A DNA stretch of 61,949 nucleotides from Acutalibacteraceae bacterium (GCA_045537355.1 JAZSPH010000063.1:1-61949); one strand, 5' to 3'; shown: positions 45,653-57,400, counted from the stretch's first letter. Numbers and translations are program-made. Notes: generated by a model not told the origin, from the sequence alone.

Positions 45653-46141
45653 ATGAAGAAAATCGGTATCGTTATGGGAAGCGACAGTGACCTTGCCGTT
45701 GTTTCCAAAGCAGTTGATACTTTGAAAGACTTTGGTGTCCCCTATGAGGTTCACATTTTCTCGGCTCACAGAACCCCTGTTGAAGCAAGAGAATTTAGCA
45801 TAAATGCAAGAGCCAACGGTTTTGGTGCAATTATTTGCGCTGCCGGAATGGCTGCCCATTTAGCCGGCGCTATTGCAGCTAACACAACCATCCCCGTTAT
45901 CGGCATCCCCATTGCTTGTGGTGGACTCGGCGGAATGGACGCTTTACTTTCCACCGTTCAAATGCCTTCGGGAATTCCCGTTGCAACCGTTGCTGTAAAC
46001 GGCGCTGTGAATGCCGCTTTGCTTTGCATTCAAATGCTCAGCATTGAGGACAAGGATTTGGCTGACAAGCTTGACAGCAAGCGTGCTGCTGATACCAAGG
46101 TTGTTCTCGACAAAGATGTTAATATAGCTTCCAAGCTTTAA
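45653..46141 (+). CDS. purE: 5-(carboxyamino)imidazole ribonucleotide mutase / AIR carboxylase catalytic subunit
   Basis: IGIVMGSDSDL, SAHRTP and AGMAAHLAG motifs. Confidence 0.95.
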   Translation: MKKIGIVMGSDSDLAVVSKAVDTLKDFGVPYEVHIFSAHRTPVEAREFSINARANGFGAIICAAGMAAHLAGAIAANTTIPVIGIPIACGGLGGMDALLSTVQMPSGIPVATVAVNGAVNAALLCIQMLSIEDKDLADKLDSKRAADTKVVLDKDVNIASKL

Positions 46142-46164
46142 TTTTATTTTAAGGAGTTTTTAAA

Positions 46165-46851
46165 ATGGACAAAAAATTAATTTACACTGGAAAAACCAAA
46201 AACGTTTATGAGTTAGAAAACGGCAACTGCCTTCTTTTATTTAAAGACGACTGTACCGGTAAAGACGGTGTGTTCGACCCCGGTGAGAACCAAGTTGGAA
46301 TCACCATTGACGGTGTTGGCGATGTTAACCTTCGCATGTCAATTTACTTCTTTGAGAAAATTAATGCTGCAGGCATTAAAACCCACTATGTAGACGCTGA
46401 CCTTGAAAATACAACCATGGAAGTTCTTCCTGCTAAGGTTTTCGGTAAGGGTCTCGAAGTTATTTGCCGTTACAAGGCTGTTGGTAGTTTCATTCGTCGT
46501 TACGGTGATTACATTGAAGAAGGCGCCGATCTTCCTGCTTATGTTGAGATGACCTTCAAGAACGACGAGAAGGGCGATCCCCTCGTAACCAAAGATGCTC
46601 TTGTTGCTTTGGATGTTATGACCGAAAAGCAATATGACGATATGAAGAAAATGACCCAAGACATCACCAAGATTGTTGCTGATGACTTGAAGGCTAAGGG
46701 TCTTGACCTTTACGATATTAAATTCGAGTTTGGTTACAACCCCGACGGTGATGTAATGCTTATTGACGAAATTGCTTCAGGCAATATGCGTGTTTACAAA
46801 AACGGAGAGTACATTGACCCCATAACCCTCTCCAAACTTTTCTTTGCTTAA
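46165..46851 (+). CDS. purC: SAICAR synthetase
   Basis: [13 protein letters not shown]-terminus and LIDEI...MRV; 228 aa. Confidence 0.9.
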   Translation: MDKKLIYTGKTKNVYELENGNCLLLFKDDCTGKDGVFDPGENQVGITIDGVGDVNLRMSIYFFEKINAAGIKTHYVDADLENTTMEVLPAKVFGKGLEVICRYKAVGSFIRRYGDYIEEGADLPAYVEMTFKNDEKGDPLVTKDALVALDVMTEKQYDDMKKMTQDITKIVADDLKAKGLDLYDIKFEFGYNPDGDVMLIDEIASGNMRVYKNGEYIDPITLSKLFFA

Positions 46852-46938
46852 TTAATATTGGACTTTCGCTTAAGGCTGACGCCCCAAAAAGGTGCCGGCC
46901 TTGAGATATTTTTTAGACGCTTTTAAAAGGAGATAAAT

Positions 46939-48363
46939 ATGGGCGGATTTTTTGGTGTAGTTAGTAAAAAAGATGCTGTTGCCGATGTATTTTTTGGTAC
47001 TGACTACCACTCGCATTTAGGAACTCGCCGTGGCGGTATGGCCGCTTTTGACAGCGAAATTGGGCTTCAGCGTGAAATTCATAACATTCAGAATTCACCC
47101 TTTAGAACAAAATTTGAAAATGTAATGAACGAGATGAAGGGCAGTGCGGCAATAGGTTGCATAAGCGACTTTGACCCCCAACCCTTAATGTTCCGTTCAA
47201 AACTTGGCAACTATGCCATTTGTGTTATTGGTCGCATTAACAATTCGGAAGAATTAATCGACCGTTATTTAACCCAAAACGTTGGCCAGTTTACCACAAT
47301 GACAGGAAGCAAAATCAACTCCACCGAATTAGTAGCTTGTCTTATTAACCAAAAGGACAGTTTTGAAGAAGGTATTCATTTTGCTCAGGAGAACATTGAT
47401 GGTACTGCCTCTATCCTTATTCTTAAAGATAACGGCGAACTTATTGCCGCCCGTGACCTTTTGGGTAGAATTCCCGTAATTATCGGTAAAAACGAAGAAG
47501 GCTATTGCGTTTCTTTCGAATCCTTCTCTATTTACAAGGTTGGATACGATATTACCCGAGAATTAGGACCCGGTGAAATAGTTGAACTTACTCCCGATAA
47601 TATAACCATTTTAAAACGACCCGAAAAAGAAATGAAGATTTGTGCTTTCCTTTGGAGTTATTTTGGATACCCAACTTCTTCCTACGAAGGTATAAACGTT
47701 GAGGTTATGCGTTATCGCAACGGCGCTATTATGGCACGTACCGATAAAAAAACCGGTAATATTGATGATGTGGATTACATTGTTGGCGTTCCTGATTCGG
47801 GTACTCCCCACGCTATCGGTTACTCCAATGAAAGTGGCAAACATTTTGCACGTGCATTTATAAAATACACTCCCACTTGGGCAAGAAGTTTTACTCCCAC
47901 AAATCAAAGTGAACGCAAAAGAGTTGCGACCATGAAGCAAATTCCTGTTCACGACCTTATCACCGATAAGAATTTGCTCTTTGTTGATGATTCTATTGTT
48001 CGTGGAACCCAACTTGCAGGTACTGTTAAGTTCCTTTATGACAATGGTGCAAAATCTGTTCATATGAGGTCGGCTTGTCCCCCAATTATGTACGGTTGCA
48101 AATATTTAAACTTCTCCCGTTCAACCAGTGATATGGACTTGATTGCAAGACAGGTCGTTGACCAACTTGAAGGTGATGAAGGATTAAACCACCTTGAGGA
48201 ATACAGTGACGGCACCACCGAGAGAGGTAAAGCGTTAAGACAAACCATTTGTGATAAATTCAGTTTCGCTTCTCTTGATTTCCAATCACTTAAAGGTGTT
48301 ATTGAGGCTATCGGCCTTCCCGAAGACAAACTATGTACTTACTGTTGGAACGGTAAGGGTTAA
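46939..48363 (+). CDS. purF: Amidophosphoribosyltransferase-like protein lacking the N-terminal catalytic Cys
   Basis: PRTase motif LLFVDDSIVRGTQ and Fe-S-type Cys pattern (ICAF..., CPPIMYGC, CTYCWNG). The N-terminus is MGGFFGVV instead of MCGIVG. AAGGAGA RBS upstream. Confidence 0.8.
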   Translation: MGGFFGVVSKKDAVADVFFGTDYHSHLGTRRGGMAAFDSEIGLQREIHNIQNSPFRTKFENVMNEMKGSAAIGCISDFDPQPLMFRSKLGNYAICVIGRINNSEELIDRYLTQNVGQFTTMTGSKINSTELVACLINQKDSFEEGIHFAQENIDGTASILILKDNGELIAARDLLGRIPVIIGKNEEGYCVSFESFSIYKVGYDITRELGPGEIVELTPDNITILKRPEKEMKICAFLWSYFGYPTSSYEGINVEVMRYRNGAIMARTDKKTGNIDDVDYIVGVPDSGTPHAIGYSNESGKHFARAFIKYTPTWARSFTPTNQSERKRVATMKQIPVHDLITDKNLLFVDDSIVRGTQLAGTVKFLYDNGAKSVHMRSACPPIMYGCKYLNFSRSTSDMDLIARQVVDQLEGDEGLNHLEEYSDGTTERGKALRQTICDKFSFASLDFQSLKGVIEAIGLPEDKLCTYCWNGKG

Positions 48364-48390
48364 AAAAACAAAAGTAAAGGAATAAAAATT

Positions 48391-49431
48391 ATGCATAACA
48401 ATTCTAAATCCGAAAGTTACGCTGCAGCAGGCGTTGATATTACTGCCGGTTACAAGGCAGTTGAACTTATGAAAAAACACATTGCCAGAACAAAGAACGA
48501 AGGTTGCCTTGATGATGTTGGTGGCTTTGGTGGCTGCTTTGGCCTTCCCATCGCAGGTATGGAAGAACCCGTTTTGGTTAGTGGTACCGACGGTTGTGGA
48601 ACCAAGGTTAAATTGGCTATTTTGCTTGACAAACACGATACCATTGGTATTGATGCTGTTGCTATGTGTGTTAACGATATTATTTGCGTTGGCGCAAAGC
48701 CCTTGTTCTTCCTTGATTACATTGCTTGTGGTAAAAATATTCCCGAAAAGATTGCCGAAATCGTTAGTGGTGTTGCCGAAGGTTGTGTTCAATCAGGTGC
48801 TGCTTTGATCGGTGGTGAAACTGCTGAACATCCCGGTATGATGCCTATTGACGATTACGACCTTGCAGGTTTTGCTGTTGGTATTGTTGACAAGAAAAAG
48901 ATTATCGACAATACAACCATGGAAGAAGGCGATGTTGTTATTGCCCTTCCTTCCAGCGGTGTTCACTCCAACGGTTTTTCTTTGGTTCGTAAAGTTTTCG
49001 ATGTTGAAAACTGCGACCTCACCTCTCCTGTTGAGGCTTTGGGCGGTAAATCTTTAGGTGAGACTTTACTTGCTCCCACAAAGATTTATGTTAAACCCGT
49101 TTTAGCGTTGCTTGACAATGTTAAGGTTCGTGCCATTTCCCACATTACCGGTGGTGGCTTCTATGAGAACATCCCCAGAAGTATCCCCGATGGCTTTGGC
49201 GCTAAGATTGATAAATCTGCAGTTAAAATTCTACCCATCTTTGATTTGATTGCTAAAACCGGCGACATCAGTGAAAGAGATATGTTCAACACCTTCAACA
49301 TGGGCGTTGGTATGAGCATTGTTGTTGCAAAGGCTGACGCTGACAAGGCTTTGGAACTTCTTAAAGCTCAAGGCGAAGAGCCTTACATAATCGGCGAAAT
49401 CATCAAATCCGATGATAAGGTGATTTTATAA
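48391..49431 (+). CDS. purM: AIR synthetase
   Basis: YAAAGVDI, GTDGCGTK and DYIA motifs; 346 aa. Confidence 0.95.
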   Translation: MHNNSKSESYAAAGVDITAGYKAVELMKKHIARTKNEGCLDDVGGFGGCFGLPIAGMEEPVLVSGTDGCGTKVKLAILLDKHDTIGIDAVAMCVNDIICVGAKPLFFLDYIACGKNIPEKIAEIVSGVAEGCVQSGAALIGGETAEHPGMMPIDDYDLAGFAVGIVDKKKIIDNTTMEEGDVVIALPSSGVHSNGFSLVRKVFDVENCDLTSPVEALGGKSLGETLLAPTKIYVKPVLALLDNVKVRAISHITGGGFYENIPRSIPDGFGAKIDKSAVKILPIFDLIAKTGDISERDMFNTFNMGVGMSIVVAKADADKALELLKAQGEEPYIIGEIIKSDDKVIL

Positions 49432-50033
49432 TGAAAGCAAATATTTCGGTTTTAGTTTCCGGTGGTGGAACTAATTTACAGGCTTTAATCGATGCTCAAA
49501 AAAGTGGCATCATTAAAAGTGGTGAAATCAGTCTTGTTGTTTCCAACAACCCCGGTGCTTACGCTTTAGAACGTGCTAAAAATGCAGGTGTCAAAACTGC
49601 CGTTTGCAATAAAAAGGAACTCGGCGAGGCTTTTGAAGGTAGATTAATTGAACTTTTGGAAGAAAACAAGACCGATATTATTGTTCTTGCAGGATTTATG
49701 TGCATTTTAAGTGAAAATTTCACAACCAAATATGCTGATAGAATAATTAATGTCCATCCTTCTCTTATCCCCTCTTTTTGTGGCAAAGGTTTTTACGGAC
49801 TCAAAGTTCACGAAGAAGCCTTGAAATACGGAGTTAAGGTTACTGGCGCTACGGTGCATTTTGTTAACGAAATTCCCGATGGCGGAAAAATCATAATGCA
49901 AAAGGCTGTGGAAATTAAAGAAGGTGACACTCCCGAAATCCTTCAAAAGAGGGTTATGGAGGAAGCCGAATGGAAAATTTTACCCCTTTCATTAGAAAAG
50001 GTTTGCAGCGAAATTATAAACGAAGGTGAATAA
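49431..50033 (+). CDS. purN: GAR formyltransferase
   Basis: VLVSGGGTNLQALID, INVHPSLIP and GATVHFV motifs. Confidence 0.95.
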   Translation: MKANISVLVSGGGTNLQALIDAQKSGIIKSGEISLVVSNNPGAYALERAKNAGVKTAVCNKKELGEAFEGRLIELLEENKTDIIVLAGFMCILSENFTTKYADRIINVHPSLIPSFCGKGFYGLKVHEEALKYGVKVTGATVHFVNEIPDGGKIIMQKAVEIKEGDTPEILQKRVMEEAEWKILPLSLEKVCSEIINEGE

Positions 50034-50034
50034 A

Positions 50035-50751
50035 ATGGCTTTATATGATTTAAAAACTCTTTTAAGCGAAAATTCCTATCCCGGTAGAGGTATTGTTGTT
50101 GGCAAATCGGCTGACGGCAAAAACGCAATGATCGCTTACTTTATTATGGGCAGAAGTGAAAACAGCCGAAATAGAATTTTTGAGCGTTTCGAAGACGGTA
50201 TGAGAACCAAGGCTTTCGATGAAAGCAAACTTTCCGACCCATCCCTTATAATTTATAATCCCTACTTAAAATTGGGCGATACCGATATTATTACCAACGG
50301 TGACCAAACAAACACTATTTATGACTATATGAAGGATGGTGTATCTTTTGAGGAGGCTCTTCACACCCGTGAATTTGAGCCTGACGCTCCCAACTTTACA
50401 CCTCGTATTTCAGGTATCCTATATTACGGATTTGCTGCTAAAAAATTTCAATATAAGTTATCTATACTTAAGAGTAACAACGGCAATCCTGATGCTTGTC
50501 AGAGATATTTCTTCTCATATAATCCCCTTGACGGAATAGGTCATTTTATCCATACCTATAAATGCGATGGCAACCCCATTCCAAGTTTTTACGGTGAACC
50601 TGAAGAGGTTGCTCTTCCCAACACTGCCGAGGAATTGGCTGACCTTTGCTGGAACAACCTAAACCAAGACAATAAGGTTTCCCTTTTCGTTCGTGCTATC
50701 CCCCTTGATGGCAGTGAACCCACCGAAATCATTATCAACAAAAACAAGTAA
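50035..50751 (+). CDS. purO: IMP cyclohydrolase, PurO (archaeal) type
   Basis: YPGRGIVVGKSADGKNAMIAYFIMGRSENSRNR resembles the PurO family. Sits immediately before the AICARFT-only purH. Start at ATG 50035. Confidence 0.7.
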   Translation: MALYDLKTLLSENSYPGRGIVVGKSADGKNAMIAYFIMGRSENSRNRIFERFEDGMRTKAFDESKLSDPSLIIYNPYLKLGDTDIITNGDQTNTIYDYMKDGVSFEEALHTREFEPDAPNFTPRISGILYYGFAAKKFQYKLSILKSNNGNPDACQRYFFSYNPLDGIGHFIHTYKCDGNPIPSFYGEPEEVALPNTAEELADLCWNNLNQDNKVSLFVRAIPLDGSEPTEIIINKNK

Positions 50752-50762
50752 GGAGAATAACA

Positions 50763-51947
50763 ATGAAAGAATTTGAACTCAAATACGGCTGTAACCCCAA
50801 CCAAAAGCCTTCAAAAATCTTTATGGCTGATGGCAGCGAGTTACCTATTGAAATTCTTTGTGGCCGTCCCGGTTACATCAACTTCCTTGATGCATTTAAC
50901 TCTTGGCAGTTAGTTAAAGAACTTAAAGAGGCTTTGGGTCTTCCTGCTGTTACCTCTTTTAAACACGTAAGCCCCACAAGTGCTGCTGTTGGTACTCCTT
51001 TGTCCGACAAACTTAAAAAAGCTTGTTTCGTTGATGACATTGAAGGTCTTGACGATTCCCTCCTTGCTTGTGCTTATGCTCGTGCTCGTGGTACCGACCG
51101 TATGTGTTCCTTCGGCGACTGGGTTGCTCTTTCTGATACTTGTGATGTTACCACTGCTTTACTCATTAAACGTGAGGTTTCGGATGGTGTTATCGCTCCC
51201 GATTATACCCCCGAAGCATTGGAAATTTTAAAATCCAAGAGAAACGGCAACTACAATATAGTTAAAATCGACCCCAACTATGTGCCTGCTCCCACCGAAA
51301 CCAAACAAGTTTATGGTATTTCCTTCGAGCAAGGTCGCAACAACTTTGAAATTAACGAGGAATTACTTTCTAACATTGTTACCGAAAACAAGGTTTTACC
51401 CGACAATGCAAAGAGAGACCTTATAATTTCTCTTATCACCTTAAAATACACCCAATCCAACTCGGTTTGCTTTGCTATTGATGGTCAGGCTATCGGCGTT
51501 GGTGCAGGGCAACAGTCAAGAATTCACTGTACCCGTCTTGCAGGTAGCAAGGCTGATACTTGGTTCTTACGTCAACACGACAAGGTATTAAATCTTCCCT
51601 TTAAGGCTGACATTACAAGACCTACCCGTGATAATGTTATTGACGGTTACATTAACCGCAACGAAGAAGATGTTTGCGCTGATGGAAATTGGCAAAAATA
51701 CTTCACAATCCAACCTGCTCCCCTCACCGATGATGAAATCAAGGCTTACCTTGCTACCATCAGTGGTGTGTCGGTAGGCTCCGATGCTTTCTTCCCCTTT
51801 GATGATAACATTGAAAGAGCTTACAGAAGCGGTGTTTCTTACATTGCTGAGCCGGGTGGTTCTATCCGTGACGATGCAGTTATTGACTGCTGCAACAAGT
51901 ACGGAATTGCTATGGCATTTACCGGAATGAGATTATTCCACCATTAA
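50763..51947 (+). CDS. purH: AICAR formyltransferase (PurH transformylase domain only)
   Basis: Begins at LKYGCNPNQ, equivalent to the start of the AICARFT domain of bifunctional PurH. No MGS-like IMPCH domain; 394 aa. Confidence 0.85.
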   Translation: MKEFELKYGCNPNQKPSKIFMADGSELPIEILCGRPGYINFLDAFNSWQLVKELKEALGLPAVTSFKHVSPTSAAVGTPLSDKLKKACFVDDIEGLDDSLLACAYARARGTDRMCSFGDWVALSDTCDVTTALLIKREVSDGVIAPDYTPEALEILKSKRNGNYNIVKIDPNYVPAPTETKQVYGISFEQGRNNFEINEELLSNIVTENKVLPDNAKRDLIISLITLKYTQSNSVCFAIDGQAIGVGAGQQSRIHCTRLAGSKADTWFLRQHDKVLNLPFKADITRPTRDNVIDGYINRNEEDVCADGNWQKYFTIQPAPLTDDEIKAYLATISGVSVGSDAFFPFDDNIERAYRSGVSYIAEPGGSIRDDAVIDCCNKYGIAMAFTGMRLFHH

Positions 51948-51968
51948 TTTTTTAAGAAGGAAACTACT

Positions 51969-53207
51969 ATGAACTTTTTTGACGAACTTAAAAATTATGA
52001 CAGTGAAATCTTTGAGGCTTGTGACAAAGAACTTCAAAGACAACAACACAATATTGAGCTTATTGCTTCCGAAAACATTGTTTCCAAAGCAGTTCTATTA
52101 GCTGCAGGTGGCGTTCTTACCAACAAATACGCTGAAGGTTATCCTTCCAAGCGTTATTACGGTGGTTGCCAATGCGTTGATATTGTTGAAGAAATTGCAA
52201 GAAAGAGAGCTTGTGAACTTTTCGGTTGCAACTTCGCAAATGTTCAACCCCACTCAGGTGCTAATGCTAACCTTGCCGCATTTTTTGCACTTTTACAACC
52301 CGGCGATACCGTTATGGGTATGAACTTGCAACAAGGTGGTCACCTTTCTCACGGTTCACCCGTTAACATTTCGGGTAAATATTTCAACATCGTGCCTTAC
52401 GGTGTTGCTGATGATACCGAAACCATTGACTACGATGAAATGCGTAAAATCGCCCTTGAGTGCAAACCAAAGTTAATCGTTGTTGGCGCTTCGGCATATT
52501 CCAGAATCATTGATTTTGCAAAATGCCGTGAAATTGCTGATGAAGCCCAAGCATATTTAATGGTTGATATGGCTCACATTGCAGGTTTAATTGCTGCAGG
52601 TGTTCATCCCTCTCCCGTTCCTTACGCTCACGTTGTTACAACCACAACCCACAAGACCTTAAGAGGTCCCCGTGGTGGTATGATTCTTTGCAACGACGAA
52701 GAAATTTATTTAAAGATAAACAAGGCTGTATTCCCCGGAACTCAAGGTGGTCCTTTAATGCACATTATTGCTGCTAAAGCTGTAGCGCTTGGCGAAGCAT
52801 TATCCCCCGAGTTTAAAGAATATCAAAAACAGGTTGTCAAAAATGCTGCTGCTCTTTGCGATGGCTTAAAGGCTAACGGTTTTGATATTGTTTCGGGTGG
52901 TACTGATAACCACTTGATGCTCTTAAAACTTCTCGGCACCGGCATTACCGGTAAAGAGTTGGAGCATCGCCTTGATGAAGTTCATATTACTGCTAATAAG
53001 AACACCATCCCCAACGACCCTCAAAGTCCCTTTGTTACCAGTGGTGTGCGTCTTGGTACCCCTGCTGTTACAACCCGTGGATTTAAAGAGGCCGAAATGG
53101 CTAAAATTGCAAACTGGATTACCCTTGCAATTAATGATTTTGATGCTAAAAAGGAACAAATTTCTGAAGAAGTTCAGGCTCTTTGTGCTAACTTCCCCAT
53201 TTATTAA
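51969..53207 (+). CDS. glyA: Serine hydroxymethyltransferase
   Basis: [27 protein letters not shown] and related motifs. Confidence 0.97.
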   Translation: MNFFDELKNYDSEIFEACDKELQRQQHNIELIASENIVSKAVLLAAGGVLTNKYAEGYPSKRYYGGCQCVDIVEEIARKRACELFGCNFANVQPHSGANANLAAFFALLQPGDTVMGMNLQQGGHLSHGSPVNISGKYFNIVPYGVADDTETIDYDEMRKIALECKPKLIVVGASAYSRIIDFAKCREIADEAQAYLMVDMAHIAGLIAAGVHPSPVPYAHVVTTTTHKTLRGPRGGMILCNDEEIYLKINKAVFPGTQGGPLMHIIAAKAVALGEALSPEFKEYQKQVVKNAAALCDGLKANGFDIVSGGTDNHLMLLKLLGTGITGKELEHRLDEVHITANKNTIPNDPQSPFVTSGVRLGTPAVTTRGFKEAEMAKIANWITLAINDFDAKKEQISEEVQALCANFPIY

Positions 53208-53231
53208 AAGTAAAATTTAAGGAGCTTTAAA

Positions 53232-54494
53232 ATGAAAGTAATGGTAGTAGGCGGCGGTGGCCGTGAACACGCCATAATTAAGAAATTAAAAGAAAACAAG
53301 GAAATAACCGAAATTTTTGCTCTCCCCGGTAACGGTGGTATGCAACAGGATGCTACCCTTGTTAATATTGGCGCTAAAGATATCGACGCTCAGGTTGAGT
53401 TTGCAAAGGCAAACGGCATTGACTATGCCGTTGTTGCACCCGATGACCCCTTGGTTTTAGGTGCTGTTGACGCTTTGACCGAGGCAGGTATCCCCTGTTT
53501 TGGCCCTGACAAAAAGGCCGCAATTATTGAAGGAAGTAAGGTTTTCTCTAAAAACCTTATGAAGAAATACAATATTCCCACAGCAGAATACGAAGTATTT
53601 TCAAACAAAGATGATGCTTTGAAATATCTCGAAACGGCTCCCATTCCAACAGTTATTAAGGCTGATGGCTTGGCTTTGGGTAAAGGCGTTATTATTGCCG
53701 AAACCCGTGAAGCTGCTAAGGAAGCTGTTGTTTCCATGATGGAAGACAAGGTATTTGGCGAAAGTGGAAGCAATATTGTAATTGAAGAGTTTTTAACCGG
53801 TCCCGAAGTTTCCGTTCTTTCATTTACTGACGGTAAAACCGTTGTTCCCATGGTTTCTTCCATGGACCATAAACGCGCATTAGATGGCGATAAAGGTCTT
53901 AACACCGGTGGTATGGGTACCGTAGCTCCAAATCCATACTACACCGAGGATATTGCCAAAAAGTGTATGGAAACCATTTTTATTCCAACCATCAACGCTA
54001 TGAACTCGGAAGGCAGAAGTTTTAAGGGTTGTCTCTATTTCGGTCTTATGATTACTCCTAACGGTCCTAAGGTTATTGAATACAACTGCCGTTTCGGCGA
54101 CCCCGAAACTCAGGTTGTTCTCCCCTTGCTTGAAAGTGATTTGCTTACAATTATGAAAGCAACCACCGAGGGCACCTTAGATAAAACCGAAGTTAAGTTT
54201 TCTAGTGGCGCAGCTGCTTGTGTTGTTATGGCTTCCAGTGGCTATCCCCAAAAATATGAAAGTGGTTTTGAATTAAATATCGATGACAGTGTTGCTGACA
54301 AGGTTTATGTTGCAGGTGCTAAAATCGAAGACGGCATTCTTAAAACTGCAGGCGGCCGTGTTTTAGGCGTTACTGACACTGCTGCTGATTTAAAAACTGC
54401 TCTCGACAAGGCCTATGAAAATGTTAAAAAAGTAAACTTTGCAAATGCTTTTTACCGTAAAGACATTGGTGCCAAAGCTTTAAAAGGAGAATAA
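53232..54494 (+). CDS. purD: GAR synthetase
   Basis: MKVMVVGGGGREHAI, ATP-grasp fold and EYNCRFGDPE motif. Confidence 0.95.
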   Translation: MKVMVVGGGGREHAIIKKLKENKEITEIFALPGNGGMQQDATLVNIGAKDIDAQVEFAKANGIDYAVVAPDDPLVLGAVDALTEAGIPCFGPDKKAAIIEGSKVFSKNLMKKYNIPTAEYEVFSNKDDALKYLETAPIPTVIKADGLALGKGVIIAETREAAKEAVVSMMEDKVFGESGSNIVIEEFLTGPEVSVLSFTDGKTVVPMVSSMDHKRALDGDKGLNTGGMGTVAPNPYYTEDIAKKCMETIFIPTINAMNSEGRSFKGCLYFGLMITPNGPKVIEYNCRFGDPETQVVLPLLESDLLTIMKATTEGTLDKTEVKFSSGAAACVVMASSGYPQKYESGFELNIDDSVADKVYVAGAKIEDGILKTAGGRVLGVTDTAADLKTALDKAYENVKKVNFANAFYRKDIGAKALKGE

Positions 54495-54496
54495 AA

Positions 54497-57400
54497 ATGG
54501 TTTATCGTATATTTGTTGAAAAAAAGCCGGAGTTACGTAATGAAGCTCGTGGCCTTCTTAAAGATATCAGAGGTCTTTTGCAAATCAAATCGGTTGAAAA
54601 TGTTAGAATAATCAACCGTTATGATGTTGACAAAATTGAAAAAGAACTCTTTGATTACGCTGTTGGCACTGTTTTCTCTGAGCCTCAGTTAGATGTTACC
54701 TACACTGATTTGGTTGATGACAGTAACGCTATGTTTGCTGTTGAGTTCCTTCCCGGTCAATTCGACCAAAGAGCTGACTCTGCTGCTCAATGTATTCAAA
54801 TCATCTCTCAAGGCGAGCGTCCAAGGGTTCGCACTGCAAAGGTTTATATGCTTTACGGTAATATTACCGAGGCTGAACTTGCTGAAATTAAAAAGTATGT
54901 TGTAAACCCTGTTGAAGCCAGAATTGCAACACTTGATAAGCCCGAAACCCTTGAAACTAAGTATGATATTCCTACTACTGTTGAAACCCTTGAGGGCTTT
55001 ATTGACCTTGATGAAAATGGTCTTGCCGATTTCGTTAAGAATTACGGTCTTGCAATGGATAACGATGACATTAAATTCTGCCAAGATTACTTCAAGAGCG
55101 AGCATCGTAATCCTACCATCACCGAAATTCGTATGATTGATACATATTGGTCCGACCACTGTCGTCATACCACATTCTTAACTAATATTGACAACTGCAC
55201 CTTCGAGGATGAACTTTTACAAGCAACCTACGAAGATTATATTGCAACCCGTAAAGAATTAGGCCGCACAAAGCCCGTTTGCCTTATGGATATTGCTACT
55301 TTGGCAGTTCGTTACCTCAAAAAAGAGGGCAAACTCCCCAAACTTGATGAGTCTGAAGAAATTAATGCTTGTACCGTTAAAATCAAGGTAGATGTTGACG
55401 GTGTTTCTGAAGATTGGTTACTCCTCTTCAAGAACGAAACCCATAACCACCCCACCGAAATCGAACCCTTTGGTGGTGCTGCTACCTGTATCGGCGGTGC
55501 TATCCGTGACCCTCTTTCGGGTAGAAGTTATGTTTATGGTGCTATGCGTGTTACCGGTGCTGCTAACCCCTTAAAGAGCGTTAGCGAAACCTTAAAGGGT
55601 AAATTGCCCCAAAGAAAGATTGTTACAACTGCTGCTGACGGTTATTCTTCTTACGGTAACCAAATCGGTCTTGCTACCGGTATTGTTGATGAACTTTACC
55701 ACGATGGCTATGCTGCAAAACGTATGGAAATCGGCGCTGTTATTGCTGCTGCTCCTGCTGAAAATGTTCGCCGTGAAGTTCCCTGCCCCGGTGATGTTGT
55801 AATTCTTCTTGGTGGTTCTACCGGCCGTGATGGTTGTGGTGGTGCTACCGGTTCTTCCAAGTCCCACACTTTAGAGTCTTTGGAGAGTTGTGGTGCTGAA
55901 GTTCAAAAGGGTAATGCTCCCGAAGAGAGAAAACTTCAAAGATTATTTAGAAACAAGGAAGCCAGCCTCTTAATCAAACGTTGTAACGACTTTGGCGCAG
56001 GTGGTGTTTCGGTTGCTATCGGTGAATTGGCTGACGGTCTTTTAATCGACCTTAACGCTGTTCCCAAGAAATATGACGGTCTTGATGGTACTGAACTTGC
56101 TATCAGTGAGTCTCAAGAAAGAATGGCCGTTGTTGTTGAGAAAGAAAATGTTGACCGTTTCTTAGAACTTGCAAATGCTGAAAACTTACAGGCCGTTAAG
56201 GTAGCTGATATTACTGCTGAACCTCGCCTTACCATGGTTTGGAACGGCAACACTATTGTTGATATCAGCCGTGAATTCTTAAATTCTAACGGTGCTGAAA
56301 AGCACATTGATATCACTCCCGAAGCTCCCAAGGATTACGAGAGAATTATCGAAGGTGGCTTTAAGGAGAATATGGAGCATTTGGCCGATGACCTTAATGC
56401 TTGTTCCAAGCGTGGTCTTTCCGAGCAATTTGACTCCACCATCGGTGCCGGTACTGTTTTAATGCCCTTCGGTGGTAAATATCAATTAACCCCAATTCAA
56501 GCAATGGTTCAAAAAATCTCGGTTGAGAAAAAACACACCGATGATTGCTCACTTATGTCTTGGGGATATAACCCATATATTGCTGAGAGAAGCCCCTTCC
56601 ACAGCGCTTACTTGGCAGTTGTTGAATCGGTTGCAAAACTTGTTGCTACCGGTGGTAGTTTTGAAGATGTATATCTCACCTTCCAAGAGTATTTTGAGCG
56701 TCCCGGTAAAGACGGCAAACGTTGGGGCAAACCTTTATCTGCGTTACTTGGCGCATTTAAGGCTCAAAAAGACTTCTCAATCGGTTCTATCGGTGGTAAG
56801 GACTCTATGAGTGGTAGTTTCGAGGATTTAGATGTTCCTCCCACCCTCGTTTCATTTGCTGTTACAACCGATAAGGTCCAAAATATCATTTCTCCTGAAT
56901 TTAAAAAAGCAGGAAATAAGGTTGTTCTTTTAAGCCCAATTTATGATGCCCAGACCAACCTTCCCAACCCCGAATCACAAATCAGAATATTTAACCGTGT
57001 AACCGAACTTATGCGTGAAGGCAAGGTTCTTGCTGCTTACACTCCAACTTATGGTGGTATCGGTGAAGCTGTTATGAAGATGTGCTTCGGTAACGGATTC
57101 GGCTTTAAGTTTGATGATAATATGGACAACAAGGCTATCTTCGGTTACAACTACGGAAGCTTTATTTTAGAGGTTACTGAGGATGTTGAAGATGCTATCA
57201 CCATTGGTAATGTTTGCGATTGTGGTAAATTAGTGTTAGGTGAAGAAAGTGTTGCATTAAGCGACCTTCTTGACACCTATGAAAACAAACTTGAAAGCGT
57301 ATTCAAGTGCAACATTGAAGACCGTAAGACTCCAATGGAGAACTTCTCTTACAATGCCGAAAGCCGTGTTGCTCCTGCAATCAAGGTCGCAACTCCTAAG

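Noticed and set aside
46872-46914. Hairpin between purC and purF as an internal terminator or attenuator
   Set aside because: The 12-bp stem has one mismatch and two G-U pairs. The T-run is separated from the stem by 6 nt. That is too weak to call a terminator, though it may be an mRNA processing or stability element.
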